NCBI GenBank assembly: GCA_964106645.2
Contig: OZ067043.1
DNA from: Podarcis pityusensis
Lineage: Eukaryota
Length of the DNA stretch: 64,000 nucleotides
Reading direction: 5' to 3' (one strand)
Shown here: positions 63,701-64,000 of the stretch, piece by piece
Numbering within the stretch: position 1 is the first letter of the stretch
How the letters are laid out: the number at the start of each line of letters is the position of its first letter
Position numbers and translations under genes: made by a program
The notes under the pieces: generated by a model
What the model was told of the DNA's origin: nothing
The model's database searches: none
What the model saw: only the letters and a program-made list of their open reading frames with translations

Positions 63701-64000
63701 GATGACTCTTGCAACAGAGAATTCCCATGCAAATGCATTTGGTGCAGATGAGGGAATTGCCGCCTGCAGTTGTGGGAAGCTGATCGTCCAGTGATGGGAA
63801 AAGCACGTTGTGCGAATGAACTGTTAGTCAGTCCCATGATATTGGGTAGCACTTAATTATGTTTCCTTTGCAGAGCACCTTTCGAAGTTGGCCACTGTGA
63901 TATCATCACTGGAGAATGCTGCAAGGATACATTACTCTGGGCATAGCCTTGACGTTTAGGGCTGAGCCAAACTATTCATGGTTTTCCACAAATGTTTCTT

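Noticed and set aside
1-64000. CRISPR array, operon or prokaryotic defence system
   Set aside because: Sequence is vertebrate and TE-rich; no regularly spaced repeat-spacer array or gene-dense region

Overview
Vertebrate genomic DNA, most likely from a lacertid lizard (Podarcis/Lacerta-like), judged by six Sauria SINEs plus squamate-type BovB, CR1, L2, L1, Rex1, Penelope-like elements and many MITEs. I could not recognise any host protein-coding gene, and every ORF I could assign is a LINE reverse-transcriptase remnant. Between the repeats are several unique blocks rich in homeodomain/POU/PBX-HOX motifs, so the window looks like a gene desert or large intron near a developmental regulator (inference). 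There is an N-gap at 43647-44043. Best leads: (1) an apparently intact minimal type I hammerhead ribozyme inside a 79-bp-arm inverted Penelope-like insertion (9075-9120, minus strand); (2) a Sauria SINE at 53470-53837 that carries, inside its own target-site duplication (TSD), 18 nt of flank identical to the upstream flank of another SINE copy about 8 kb away, suggesting a local donor-daughter pair or templated integration; (3) an LTR/Ngaro-like promoter-bearing element; (4) a diverged local duplication of a non-TE-looking block; (5) several multi-layer nested insertions. Family names come from pattern recognition only, with no database searches. Boundaries of old repeats are approximate.
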